Origin: Bdellovibrionales bacterium
GTDB taxonomy: Bacteria > Bdellovibrionota > Bdellovibrionia > Bdellovibrionales > JAUICD01
Reading direction: 5' to 3'
NCBI GenBank assembly: GCA_965203275.1
Contig: OZ241865.1
Coordinates: 2,208,001-2,272,000 of the forward strand
DNA: 64,000 nucleotides
Part shown: in pieces, positions 9,791-19,128 of the stretch
Numbering within the stretch: position 1 is the stretch's first letter
Layout of the letters: every line of letters begins with the position of its first letter
Notes under the pieces: model-generated
The model's database searches: none
Told to the model about the DNA's origin: nothing
Seen by the model: only the letters and a program-made list of their open reading frames with translations
Program-made: the position numbers and the translations under genes

Positions 9791-10517
9791 CCTTAACATG
9801 GTGTTAAAAGAGGAAAGGATCCTTCCTACTAAAAGTAAACGGACTTTTGAGGTTGCCAGCCTTTGATCGACGGCGGTAGCCGTCGGGCTGGCTACCCAAA
9901 AGTGACCAGAGGTCAGTTTACTTTTAGTGAGACAAACCCTTAACATCATGTTAAGAGACGAGAGGATCCTCCTTACTAAAAATAAACGGATTTTTGAGGC
10001 ATTGCTCTTTTTAGACAGCGTAAGCTGTCAGAGCAATGCCCAAAAACAGCCAGAGGCTGGTTTATTTTTAGTGAGACAAACCCTTAACATGGTGTTAAAA
10101 GAGGAAAGGATCCTTCCTACTAAAAGTAAACGGACTTTTGAGGTTGCCAGCCTTTGATCGACGGCGGTAGCCGTCGGGCTGGCTACCCAAAAGTGACCAG
10201 AGGTCAGTTTACTTTTAGTGAGACAAACCCTTAACATCATGTTAAGAGACGAGAGGATCCTCCTTACTAAAAATAAACGGATTTTTGAGGCATTGCTCTT
10301 TTTAGACAGCGTAAGCTGTCAGAGCAATGCCCAAAAACAGCCAGAGGCTGGTTTATTTTTAGTGAGACAAACCCTTAACATGGTGTTAAAAGAGGAAAGG
10401 ATCCTTCCTACTAAAAGTAAACGGACTTTTGAGGTTGCCAGCCTTTGATCGACGGCGGTAGCCGTCGGGCTGGCTACCCAAAAGTGACCAGAGGTCAGTT
10501 TACTTTTAGTGAGACAA
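9791..10517 (+). repeat. A-B-A-B-A tandem of two variants of the palindromic element (291-bp period)
   Basis: Units start at 9791, 9938, 10082, 10229 and 10373. Confidence 0.95.
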
Positions 10518-10532
10518 AAGAAGGATATTTTT

Positions 10533-12227
10533 ATGCGTAATATTTTCATCATTAGTTTAATCTTGAGTTTTTTTATTGTAGGTTGTGGCAATGATTCACA
10601 AAAGCCACAAGCTCCCTCTACTCCAAAAGATAACTCACTGGATACCACTAATGAAAATGCTACTGACAATGATACAGGGGATCAAACAGAGTCATCTGAT
10701 CAACTTAGCGAAAATATTATTCATGTAAATGAGGCACTAAGAAATTTACAATCACAAGAAGAAAATCAAACTTCAGATGCTACAAGTGACTCTCCTCCTC
10801 TTAAAGTTACAATCACCCCACCAATAGAACCTCCCTCTAATTCTGATACAGTTACTACTAATCCAATAACTGCAACACCGACTGAAATAACTGCTGATAT
10901 GACTAATGATATGACAAATGACACCACTACCGACATCATTGCTAATGATGTCGGTAATAGTGTCGGTAATAATGTCGGTAATAGTGTCGGTAATAATGTC
11001 GGTAATGGTGTCGGTAATAATGTCGGTAATAGTGTCGGTAATAGTGTCGGTAATAGTGTCGGTAATAATGTCGGTAATAATGTCGGTAATGATGTCGGTA
11101 ATGATGTCGGTAATGGTGTCGGTAATGATGTCGGTAATAGTGTCGGTAATGATGTCGGTAATAATGTCGGTAATGATGTCGGTAATGATGTCGGTAATGA
11201 TGTCGGTAATGATGTTGGTAGTGTAGCCACTGATACTAATAATTCTGATGTGAGTTATTCTTCTCCCTTATTTATAGAAACAATTGAAACCTTTCATCAA
11301 CTCTTAACACTTTTGATTTTGAATAACTTAGGACTTCAAGATCAAGATATTGCAAATACAAATATCACATCTACCATAAAAATCGACACTTTAAATGAAA
11401 TGTCGATTTTTCTAAATAGTGTAAGAAATCAGCGATTAAAAAATATAATAAAGCAAGAGATCATTGATACAGATGTTTTAATATTCACTATAACTAGATT
11501 AGAGCAAGAAAAAAACCACACTTTTGCTCCATTATGGTTAGAACAAATCAACGAAACACTTAAAGAAATAATTATTTCTGTGGATACTTTAAATGACATA
11601 GGAGTTTCAATAGAAGGGATTTCAAATTATTCGGAACAATTATTTAATACAAACTCTCTTAATACAAACCCTCGTTTTATAGAAATCGTTGATCATCTAC
11701 AAACAAATAAAACAAAGCTAAATGAGATTGTAAATATAGTCATTTCTGGAGACTTTAGAAGCATTGACCCTACAAATATAAAATCTTTTTTATTTAATGA
11801 AACAATACAAACTCTTAGTGAACTCCTTGCCCTTGAAGACACTATAGAAGAAATCATCATCATTCAAAGTGAAAATGAATTAAAAGAAATCATTGGTGAA
11901 CTTGATAGACAAGAGGGTCCCTATAATGACTTATGGCTATCAGAAATCAATGAATTATTAAAAGCTATCATTGATAATACAAATGATCGTAGGGAAGCAC
12001 TTGCTCAGCTAGAAGAAACAGGTGAAGAAACTACTTTTTTCAAAGTTATAACTCTGATGAAAAGATTTATAGGCTTAAGTCCACAATATGAAATTGATAG
12101 GAAATTGCTAATCAGGAAGTTAGATCGCATCACAGAGGGCATACTATCTGGAGCATTTCAAACACAAAACCCTAAAGATTATCAATTATACGATAACATT
12201 GATCAGAACCTACCCTTCCCTTTGTAG
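10533..12227 (+). CDS. Lipoprotein with (x)VGN tetrapeptide repeat linker
   Basis: ATG at 10533 after AAGGA; lipobox FIVG-C; low-complexity T/N/D region followed by a helical C-terminal domain. Confidence 0.8.
   Translation: MRNIFIISLILSFFIVGCGNDSQKPQAPSTPKDNSLDTTNENATDNDTGDQTESSDQLSENIIHVNEALRNLQSQEENQTSDATSDSPPLKVTITPPIEPPSNSDTVTTNPITATPTEITADMTNDMTNDTTTDIIANDVGNSVGNNVGNSVGNNVGNGVGNNVGNSVGNSVGNSVGNNVGNNVGNDVGNDVGNGVGNDVGNSVGNDVGNNVGNDVGNDVGNDVGNDVGSVATDTNNSDVSYSSPLFIETIETFHQLLTLLILNNLGLQDQDIANTNITSTIKIDTLNEMSIFLNSVRNQRLKNIIKQEIIDTDVLIFTITRLEQEKNHTFAPLWLEQINETLKEIIISVDTLNDIGVSIEGISNYSEQLFNTNSLNTNPRFIEIVDHLQTNKTKLNEIVNIVISGDFRSIDPTNIKSFLFNETIQTLSELLALEDTIEEIIIIQSENELKEIIGELDRQEGPYNDLWLSEINELLKAIIDNTNDRREALAQLEETGEETTFFKVITLMKRFIGLSPQYEIDRKLLIRKLDRITEGILSGAFQTQNPKDYQLYDNIDQNLPFPL
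10947..11222 (+). repeat. 12-bp coding tandem repeat, ~23 copies (RRT GTC GGT AAT)
   Basis: Read directly; encodes (D/S/N/G)VGN. Confidence 0.95.
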
Positions 12228-12253
12228 GGTGAAACATGATGGATTTTCTAAGT

Positions 12254-15142
12254 TCATTGATCTTTAATAAAGCAAGTGCAGAAAAGATTTTTATCACCAT
12301 AAGTGCCATCAATCCGTCTAACAGCAGGCCAAAATTTATTTTCTTTAAGATAAGGCAATGGAAAAGCTGCTTGTTGCCGGCTATAAGGATGAACCCAATG
12401 ATCCGATGAAACCTCTAAAGCTGTATGAGGTGCTTGTTTTAATGGATTGTCCTCTCGATCAAATACCCCTGATTCTACTTTTAAAAATTCTTTATAAATA
12501 GCAATCATGGCATCACAAAAACGATCCATTTCTTGCTTGGATTCACTTTCTGTAGGCTCTAACATTAGGGTCCCCATAACAGGCCAAGACATTGTAGGTG
12601 CATGAAAGCCATAATCCATCAATCTTTTAGCTACATCTTCTACTTGAATACCGGCTCTTTTTTTCCAATCCCTTAAATCTAAAATACATTCATGGGCTAC
12701 ATAACCCTTATGACCTGTATAAAGTATAGGATAATATTTTTGTAGACGTCGAGCTATGTAATTGGCATTGCTAATAGCCACTTGAGAAGAAGCTTTTAAA
12801 CCTTCCGATCCTAACATCAAGATATACATCCACGAAACAACACATACAGAGGCACTTCCATAAGGTGCTTGTGAAATAGTTCCTATAGAATCTTTGCATA
12901 ATCCTGAATCTCTAAAGTGCTGTGGCAAAAAAGGCTTAAGGTGTTTTTTAACAATCACAGGCCCTACTCCAGGGCCTCCTCCTCCATGAGGGATAGCAAA
13001 AGTTTTATGCAAATTTAAATGACAAATATCAGGACCATATTCACCAGGGAAACAAAGACCTATCTGTGCATTCATGTTTGCACCATCTAAATAAACTTGT
13101 CCACCGGCATCATGAATCCTCTGGCAAATTTCTTTGATGGCTAGCTCAAACACCCCATGTGTTGAAGGATAAGTGATCATCATAGCGGCTATTTTATTTT
13201 TATACAGATGGATCTTTGTTTTAAGGTCTTCTAAATGGATATTGCCATTTTTGTCACAGTTGACAGTAACCACTTGCAAACCTGCCATAGTTGCACTAGC
13301 TGGATTGGTTCCATGGGCCGATTGAGGAATTAAACAAATATTACGATGAGCTTGCCCTTGTGATTGATGATACTTTTTGATAATTAAAAGTCCTGTGTAT
13401 TCTCCTTGAGAACCAGCATTGGGCTGTAACGATGTGGCATCCATCCCCACACATTGTGCCAACCAGTTTTCTAGTTGAGTGAGTACCTCTAGATAACCTT
13501 GTGTTTGCTCGGGTGGTGCAAAAGGATGAATCTGAGCTATCTTAGGCCAGGTCACTGGTATCATTTCTGCTGTGGCATTTAGTTTCATTGTACAGGATCC
13601 TAGTGGAATCATAGAATAAGCTAAAGACAAATCACGAGATTGTAGTTTGAAAATATAGCGAAGCATTTCTGTCTCAGAATGATATGAATTAAAAACAGGA
13701 TGGGTTAAAAAGCAAGAAGTTCTCATTAGCTCTTGGGGAATACCTCTTTCTATTGACGGATGAGAAAATTTGTTTTTTGATTTTTCACAAGGTGTTTGTT
13801 CTTTAAAAAGTTCAATTATGTCCTCAATATCCTCTTGTGATGTCACTTCATTGAGAGCAATAGCTACTTCTTTTGGACCAATATATCTTAAGTTTATTCC
13901 CTTTTGATAAGCTTGTTCTAGAAGATCCTGAGCGTTTTGTGTTTTGATTTTGAGGGTATCAAAAAAACGATGACTTACTAAAAAGCCCATTTCTTCAAGC
14001 TTTTGCTGTAAGTCTTTTGTCATTTTTAAAATATTTTGTGCTATTTGTTTAAGTCCTTTAGGGCCATGCCAACAGGCATACATACTGGCCATAATAGCTA
14101 GAAGTGTTTGTGCTGTACAAATATTGCTTGTAGCTTTCTCTCTTCGAATATGTTGTTCTCTTGTTTGCAAAGCCAGCCGATAAGCAGGCTTTCCTGATTG
14201 ATCTTTAGAGACTCCTACAATACGCCCTGGTACATATCTTTTATATTCTTCTTGAGTAGCTAAAAAGGCAGCATGAGGACCTCCAAAGCCTATATGGACT
14301 CCAAACCTTTGAGTGTTGCCTATGACAATATCAGCTCCCATTTCACCTGGAGGCTTTAAAAGAGTCAATGCCAACAAATCTGTCGCAAAAACCACAATGC
14401 ATTTTTGTTCTTTGGCTTTCTGCACTAGGCCTGTGTGATCAGATATATCACCGTATGTATCAGGATATTGCAAAATCAAACCAAAATATTCAGAGAAGTC
14501 TTCAAGGCTATTAAAATCTTTTAAAATCATTTGCAAGTCTAGAGAGTGGATTCTGGTTTTAAGAACTTTTATTGTAGCTGGATGGCAGTTGTGAGAAACT
14601 AAAAACTTCTTCTTCAAAGGATTTGTGTTTTTTTTATAAGATTTGCCTTGTAAATGAAATGCCATACTCATAGCTTCTGATGCTGCTGTGGCTTCATCTA
14701 ACAGAGAGGCATTAGCTAAGGGCATGCCTGTAAGGTCACATACCATCGTCTGAAAATTAAGCAGTGCCTCTAATCGCCCTTGAGCAATTTCTGCTTGATA
14801 AGGGGTGTATTGGGTATACCAACCAGGATTCTCTAAGATGTTTCGTTGAATAACAGGTGGAGTCACTGTAGGATAATAGCCCATGCCTATATATGATTTG
14901 TAAACCTGATTTTTTTGGATTATTTGGGATAATTTTTGAAGAGCTTGGCTTTCTGTATGAGCAGGAGGTAGATTGATTTTTTTATAAGAGAGTATATCTT
15001 TTGGTATTGTTTGACTGATCAGCTCAGAGAGAGAACTCACACCGATCACTTCTAACATAGAAGACAAATCATTAGAGGTTACTCCAATGTGTCTGTTTTG
15101 AAAATTTGTTTGATTGACAGGTGAAATATTTGCTTTTGACAT
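12254..15142 (-). CDS. gcvP: Glycine dehydrogenase (decarboxylating), P protein
   Basis: YTPYQAEIAQGRLE, REKATSNICTAQ, MIPLGSCTMK and HLNLHKTF motifs. Confidence 0.98.
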   Translation of the reverse strand: MSKANISPVNQTNFQNRHIGVTSNDLSSMLEVIGVSSLSELISQTIPKDILSYKKINLPPAHTESQALQKLSQIIQKNQVYKSYIGMGYYPTVTPPVIQRNILENPGWYTQYTPYQAEIAQGRLEALLNFQTMVCDLTGMPLANASLLDEATAASEAMSMAFHLQGKSYKKNTNPLKKKFLVSHNCHPATIKVLKTRIHSLDLQMILKDFNSLEDFSEYFGLILQYPDTYGDISDHTGLVQKAKEQKCIVVFATDLLALTLLKPPGEMGADIVIGNTQRFGVHIGFGGPHAAFLATQEEYKRYVPGRIVGVSKDQSGKPAYRLALQTREQHIRREKATSNICTAQTLLAIMASMYACWHGPKGLKQIAQNILKMTKDLQQKLEEMGFLVSHRFFDTLKIKTQNAQDLLEQAYQKGINLRYIGPKEVAIALNEVTSQEDIEDIIELFKEQTPCEKSKNKFSHPSIERGIPQELMRTSCFLTHPVFNSYHSETEMLRYIFKLQSRDLSLAYSMIPLGSCTMKLNATAEMIPVTWPKIAQIHPFAPPEQTQGYLEVLTQLENWLAQCVGMDATSLQPNAGSQGEYTGLLIIKKYHQSQGQAHRNICLIPQSAHGTNPASATMAGLQVVTVNCDKNGNIHLEDLKTKIHLYKNKIAAMMITYPSTHGVFELAIKEICQRIHDAGGQVYLDGANMNAQIGLCFPGEYGPDICHLNLHKTFAIPHGGGGPGVGPVIVKKHLKPFLPQHFRDSGLCKDSIGTISQAPYGSASVCVVSWMYILMLGSEGLKASSQVAISNANYIARRLQKYYPILYTGHKGYVAHECILDLRDWKKRAGIQVEDVAKRLMDYGFHAPTMSWPVMGTLMLEPTESESKQEMDRFCDAMIAIYKEFLKVESGVFDREDNPLKQAPHTALEVSSDHWVHPYSRQQAAFPLPYLKENKFWPAVRRIDGTYGDKNLFCTCFIKDQ

Positions 15143-15330
15143 ATTCACTTCCTTCAAAATGTATATTCATTAAATATTTGCTTGAATGACCAGTATTTAA
15201 TGAGATAATGATAATAAATGTTTCAAAGCAAGGTTTAATGCAAGGTTTAATAAAAATAAAGAAAGCTGTCAATGATCAATGTAAGTTTTATTTTGAAGGT
15301 TTATGGAAAAGCTTTTCTAAAGGGGTAAAT

Positions 15331-15888
15331 ATGTATGAAACAAATAATTTCCGCAAAGGTTTAAAAGTGCTTATTGATAATGAGCCTTATGTTGTGATTG
15401 ATTTTCAACACTCAAAGCAAGCGAGGGGCAGTCAGTTTACTCGCACAAAGTTGAAAAATTTAATCACAGGTGCTAATTTAGAGAGAACCTTTAAATCAGG
15501 GGAAAAATTTGGTGTGCCTGATATTGTTTCTAAGTTAGCTACTTTTTTGTATAAGGATGAAGCGGGTTTTCACTTCATGGATAAAGAAAATTATGAACAA
15601 TATGATCTGACAGAAGATGATGTATTTGATGTGCAGTTTTATTTAACGGACAACCTAGATGTGCATTTGTTATTTTTTAATGAAAAAGTTATTGGTATTG
15701 ATGTCCCCAATCAGGTCACTCTTAAGGTTGTTCAAACAGAGCCTGGGATTAAAGGTAATACAGTTTCAGGTGGAAGCAAGTCTGCTACTTTAGAGACTGG
15801 TCTTCTCGTCAATGTACCCTTACATATCAATGTATCTGATGTTTTGAAAATAAATACTAAAACAGGACATTATCTCGAAAGAGCCTAA
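15331..15888 (+). CDS. efp: Elongation factor P with atypical loop
   Basis: FRKGLK, ERTFKSGE, GNTVSGGSKSATLETG and C-terminal YLERA; start taken at ATG 15331 after AGGGG. Confidence 0.93.
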   Translation: MYETNNFRKGLKVLIDNEPYVVIDFQHSKQARGSQFTRTKLKNLITGANLERTFKSGEKFGVPDIVSKLATFLYKDEAGFHFMDKENYEQYDLTEDDVFDVQFYLTDNLDVHLLFFNEKVIGIDVPNQVTLKVVQTEPGIKGNTVSGGSKSATLETGLLVNVPLHINVSDVLKINTKTGHYLERA

Positions 15889-15974
15889 GCCTAAAAACAA
15901 AATTTAAATTATTAGCATGGTGTTGATCTGGTCTCCGGGATCAGGCAACCCGCCATCAAGTAGACAGGCAAGGA

Positions 15975-16350
15975 TGAAGCGAATATCTTGTTTCCTTAAC
16001 ATGTAGTCAAAAAACGAAAAGATCCTCCTCTACTCAAAATGAGCAGTTTTTTGCGGCATTGCTCTTTTTAGACAGCGTAAGCTGTCAGAGCAATGCCTCA
16101 AAAATCCGCTCATTTTGAGTAGGCAGAATATCCTTCTCCCTTAACACCATGTTAAGGAAACAGTGCTTTTATTGCCTTAAAAGCAAGCACTCTGCAAATG
16201 AAACTCTTTTTCCTTAACATCATGTTAAAAGAGGAAAGGATCCTTTCTACTAAAAGTGGTCAGGCTTTCTAGGTTGCCAGCATTTAAGAAGGCGGTAGCC
16301 TTCGGCTGGCAACCAGAAAGTAGCCAGAGGCTAGACCACTTTTAGTGAAA
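15975..16350. repeat. Palindromic element cluster: inverted doublet plus one full copy
   Basis: TGTTTCCTTAACATG at ~15989 mirrored by CATGTTAAGGAAACA at ~16148; full copy ~16208-16350. Confidence 0.9.
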
Positions 16351-16353
16351 TAG

Positions 16354-19128
16354 TTAATGAAAAAAGTAAGGTTTCAAATAAGGAGCAGTGGCACAACGTC
16401 TTTCTTGACACAAAAGATGAGTTGGCCCTTGAAACATCAACTTTCCTCCTTTCTTACCACCTCCAGGACCCAATTCTATCACATAATCAGCTTCTTTAAT
16501 TAAATCTAGATTGTGTTCAATCACAAGAACACTCCCCCCTTGCTTGATCAGCCTTCTCATAATAGAAACTAACATTTCTACTTCCTTAGGATGTAATCCT
16601 GTTGTAGGTTCATCTAAAATATAAATAGACGAATCCTTTTTGATATGAATCAACCTTCTGGCAAGCTTTAATCTTTGTGCTTCCCCTCCACTGAGGGTTT
16701 GTGTACTCTGGCCTATTTTCAAATACTCTAAACCAATTTCCTTTAAAAAAGCTAGTGGCTTATAAATAGCAGGCTTATCTTTAAAAAAGGACATACCTTC
16801 TAATACTGTTAAATTTAATATTTCATTGATATGTTTACCTTGATAAATAATATCAAAAACATCTTTTTGAAACTTCTGCCCCTTACAATGTTCACAAATT
16901 AATTTCACATCATCCACAAAAGCCATATCAATTGTTTCAAAGCCTTCTCCTTCGCAATAAGGACAACGTCCACCTGTTGCTGTCATCAAACTAAAGAAAC
17001 TTGCAGAGTAATTTCTTTTAAGAGCTAGTGGAGTCATAGCCATTAAATTACGTATATGATCATAAATTTTCAAGTAAGTAGCAGGAAAGCTCTTTGAAGT
17101 CCCTCCAATAGGACTCTGATCTATAAATAAAATATCTTCCAAAACATCTGGAAAGTCTATAGATTGATAAGGCAAAGGATCATAGCATTTTGTTTTTTTT
17201 ATTTGTCTTAAAATAGCAGGATATAATGTACCTTTTAACAATGAAGACTTACCAGAACCACTTACCCCTGTTACAGCTGTTAGTTGATTTAAAGGAAATG
17301 CTACATCAATAGATTTTAAATTATGACCACTACAGCCTTTTATTTTAACAAATTCTTGATTGTGATCTATTTGAGGAGCAACTGATTTTTTGGATATATC
17401 TTCTTTGAATATTTGAGATGTTACAGTAGATGCTTTTAAAAAATCTTTTGTGCAACCTGAAAAAACAACCTCTCCACCATGCTCCCCGGCACCTGGTCCC
17501 ATCTCAACAACATGATGGCAGTTTTGAATCATGGTTTTATCATGCTCTACAATCACTAAAGTATTACCTAAATCTTTTAGTTGATGTAAAATTTTAATTA
17601 AGCGGTCATTATCTTGAGGATGCAGTCCCACTGTTGGTTCATCTAATACATAAAGGGTTTGAGAGAGGGCTTTACCCAATTGATTAGCTAAATGAACTCT
17701 TTGGTACTCACCAGCAGAAAGGGTCTTGCTCAACCTATCTAAAGTGAGATAATTCACACCCACATCACATAAAAATTGCAATCGAGATATAATTTGCTGT
17801 AAAAGCTCAGAAACCACTTTTATTTTTTTTGTATCTTGCTGAGCAAACTTTTCAAAAAAGATCAATAAATCTTCTAACATCCAACTACACAATTCAGAAA
17901 TAGACTTATTTTGAATTTTGATAGCATTGGCTTCTCTCCGCAGACGAGTACCCTGGCATAGCTCACAAGTCATATTGGTTTGGTAAGATTGAATAAATCC
18001 TGGTATTTTCTCGACTGTTTTATATTCTGCACAGCTTTCAAGATATTCTATGAGTCCATAATATCGCCCTTTACCTTTCCATATTAACTCTCGCTTTTCT
18101 TCTGGAATTTGATTCCAAGGACAACCTATATCAATATTATAATAGGTGTTGCAAATACGAAAAAAATCAGATCGTTCATATTTTAAAAAAGGCTGTGTAA
18201 AAGGATGTATGGCATTGTCTGATATAGATAAATGAGGGTTTGGAATGATTTTATCTTTGTCAAACTTCAATAAATGGCCGACACCTTTACACTCAGGGCA
18301 TGCTCCTAAAGGACTAGAAAAATTAAAAATTTGATGTGTGATAGGCGGTAGAGAAAAATCACATTTTTTACACACAGGACTCTCACTTAATTTCATCTTT
18401 TGACCTTCTGTTGTGATCACTCTAGCTTTACCCTTTTGACATGAGTGAATATAATTGAAAGCAGAATAAGCTTGTGCAATAGAATCAGCAATGCGACCTC
18501 GATCTTCTAAATCAAAACTTGTGCGATCAATCACAATCTCAAAATAGTGCCGAGGCAAGTGAGCATTATAGTCAATATCAATAACCTTTTTATTATGAAA
18601 AATACGCGTGTATCCTGACCTTAACAAAAAAGGCAATAATTCTTCTGGCTTTTTTGCTTCTTCTGTAATGCCTATTAAGATATAACCTCTCTGGCCATTG
18701 AAAGCTTCAATCACTCGATCTGTAGCACTTGTCACAGTGTCAGCTACAATAGGGATTTTATGTCTAAGACATGTAGGGATGCCTATGTTTGTGAAAAGCA
18801 ATCGTAAATAATCATTGATTTCAGTTAAGGTCCCAACTGTGGAACGACTTGTGGTGACGTGATTGACTTGTTCAATAGCAATGGAAGGAGGGATATTTGT
18901 CACATCTGTGACATCAGGCTGAGGGGAACGATCTAAAAATTGCCGAGCATAACTTGAAAGACTATTGATATATTCTCTTTGCCCTTTAGCATAGAGAGTT
19001 TCAAAGGCCAGAGAACTTTTACCACTTCCACTAGGACCACAAATGACAGAGATTTGGCCTAAAGGGAATCGCACATTAATATTTTTTAAATTATTTTGTT
19101 TAACACCTATGAGTTCTATAGACTTCAT
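16354..19128 (-). CDS. uvrA: UvrA-family excinuclease ABC subunit A
   Basis: Two ABC cassettes (GPSGSGKSS, GVSGSGKSS; LSAGE, LSGGE; DEPT) and CxxC zinc motifs. Confidence 0.9.
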   Translation of the reverse strand: MKSIELIGVKQNNLKNINVRFPLGQISVICGPSGSGKSSLAFETLYAKGQREYINSLSSYARQFLDRSPQPDVTDVTNIPPSIAIEQVNHVTTSRSTVGTLTEINDYLRLLFTNIGIPTCLRHKIPIVADTVTSATDRVIEAFNGQRGYILIGITEEAKKPEELLPFLLRSGYTRIFHNKKVIDIDYNAHLPRHYFEIVIDRTSFDLEDRGRIADSIAQAYSAFNYIHSCQKGKARVITTEGQKMKLSESPVCKKCDFSLPPITHQIFNFSSPLGACPECKGVGHLLKFDKDKIIPNPHLSISDNAIHPFTQPFLKYERSDFFRICNTYYNIDIGCPWNQIPEEKRELIWKGKGRYYGLIEYLESCAEYKTVEKIPGFIQSYQTNMTCELCQGTRLRREANAIKIQNKSISELCSWMLEDLLIFFEKFAQQDTKKIKVVSELLQQIISRLQFLCDVGVNYLTLDRLSKTLSAGEYQRVHLANQLGKALSQTLYVLDEPTVGLHPQDNDRLIKILHQLKDLGNTLVIVEHDKTMIQNCHHVVEMGPGAGEHGGEVVFSGCTKDFLKASTVTSQIFKEDISKKSVAPQIDHNQEFVKIKGCSGHNLKSIDVAFPLNQLTAVTGVSGSGKSSLLKGTLYPAILRQIKKTKCYDPLPYQSIDFPDVLEDILFIDQSPIGGTSKSFPATYLKIYDHIRNLMAMTPLALKRNYSASFFSLMTATGGRCPYCEGEGFETIDMAFVDDVKLICEHCKGQKFQKDVFDIIYQGKHINEILNLTVLEGMSFFKDKPAIYKPLAFLKEIGLEYLKIGQSTQTLSGGEAQRLKLARRLIHIKKDSSIYILDEPTTGLHPKEVEMLVSIMRRLIKQGGSVLVIEHNLDLIKEADYVIELGPGGGKKGGKLMFQGPTHLLCQERRCATAPYLKPYFFH

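Noticed and set aside
9791..9936. Palindromic element as integron attC site, hammerhead ribozyme or tRNA
   Set aside because: No RYYYAAC/GTTRRRY at the ends of the long stem, no cassette organisation or integrase, no CTGANGA core, no cloverleaf
9764..10669. Repeated 61-116 aa ORFs
   Set aside because: Translations of the non-coding palindromic element; conservation follows base pairing, not codons
10766..11230. LPT(S/L) and MMSV repeat ORFs
   Set aside because: Alternative frames of the 12-bp repeat
15208..15330. N-terminal extension of efp in the ORF track
   Set aside because: EF-P similarity and the RBS point to ATG 15331
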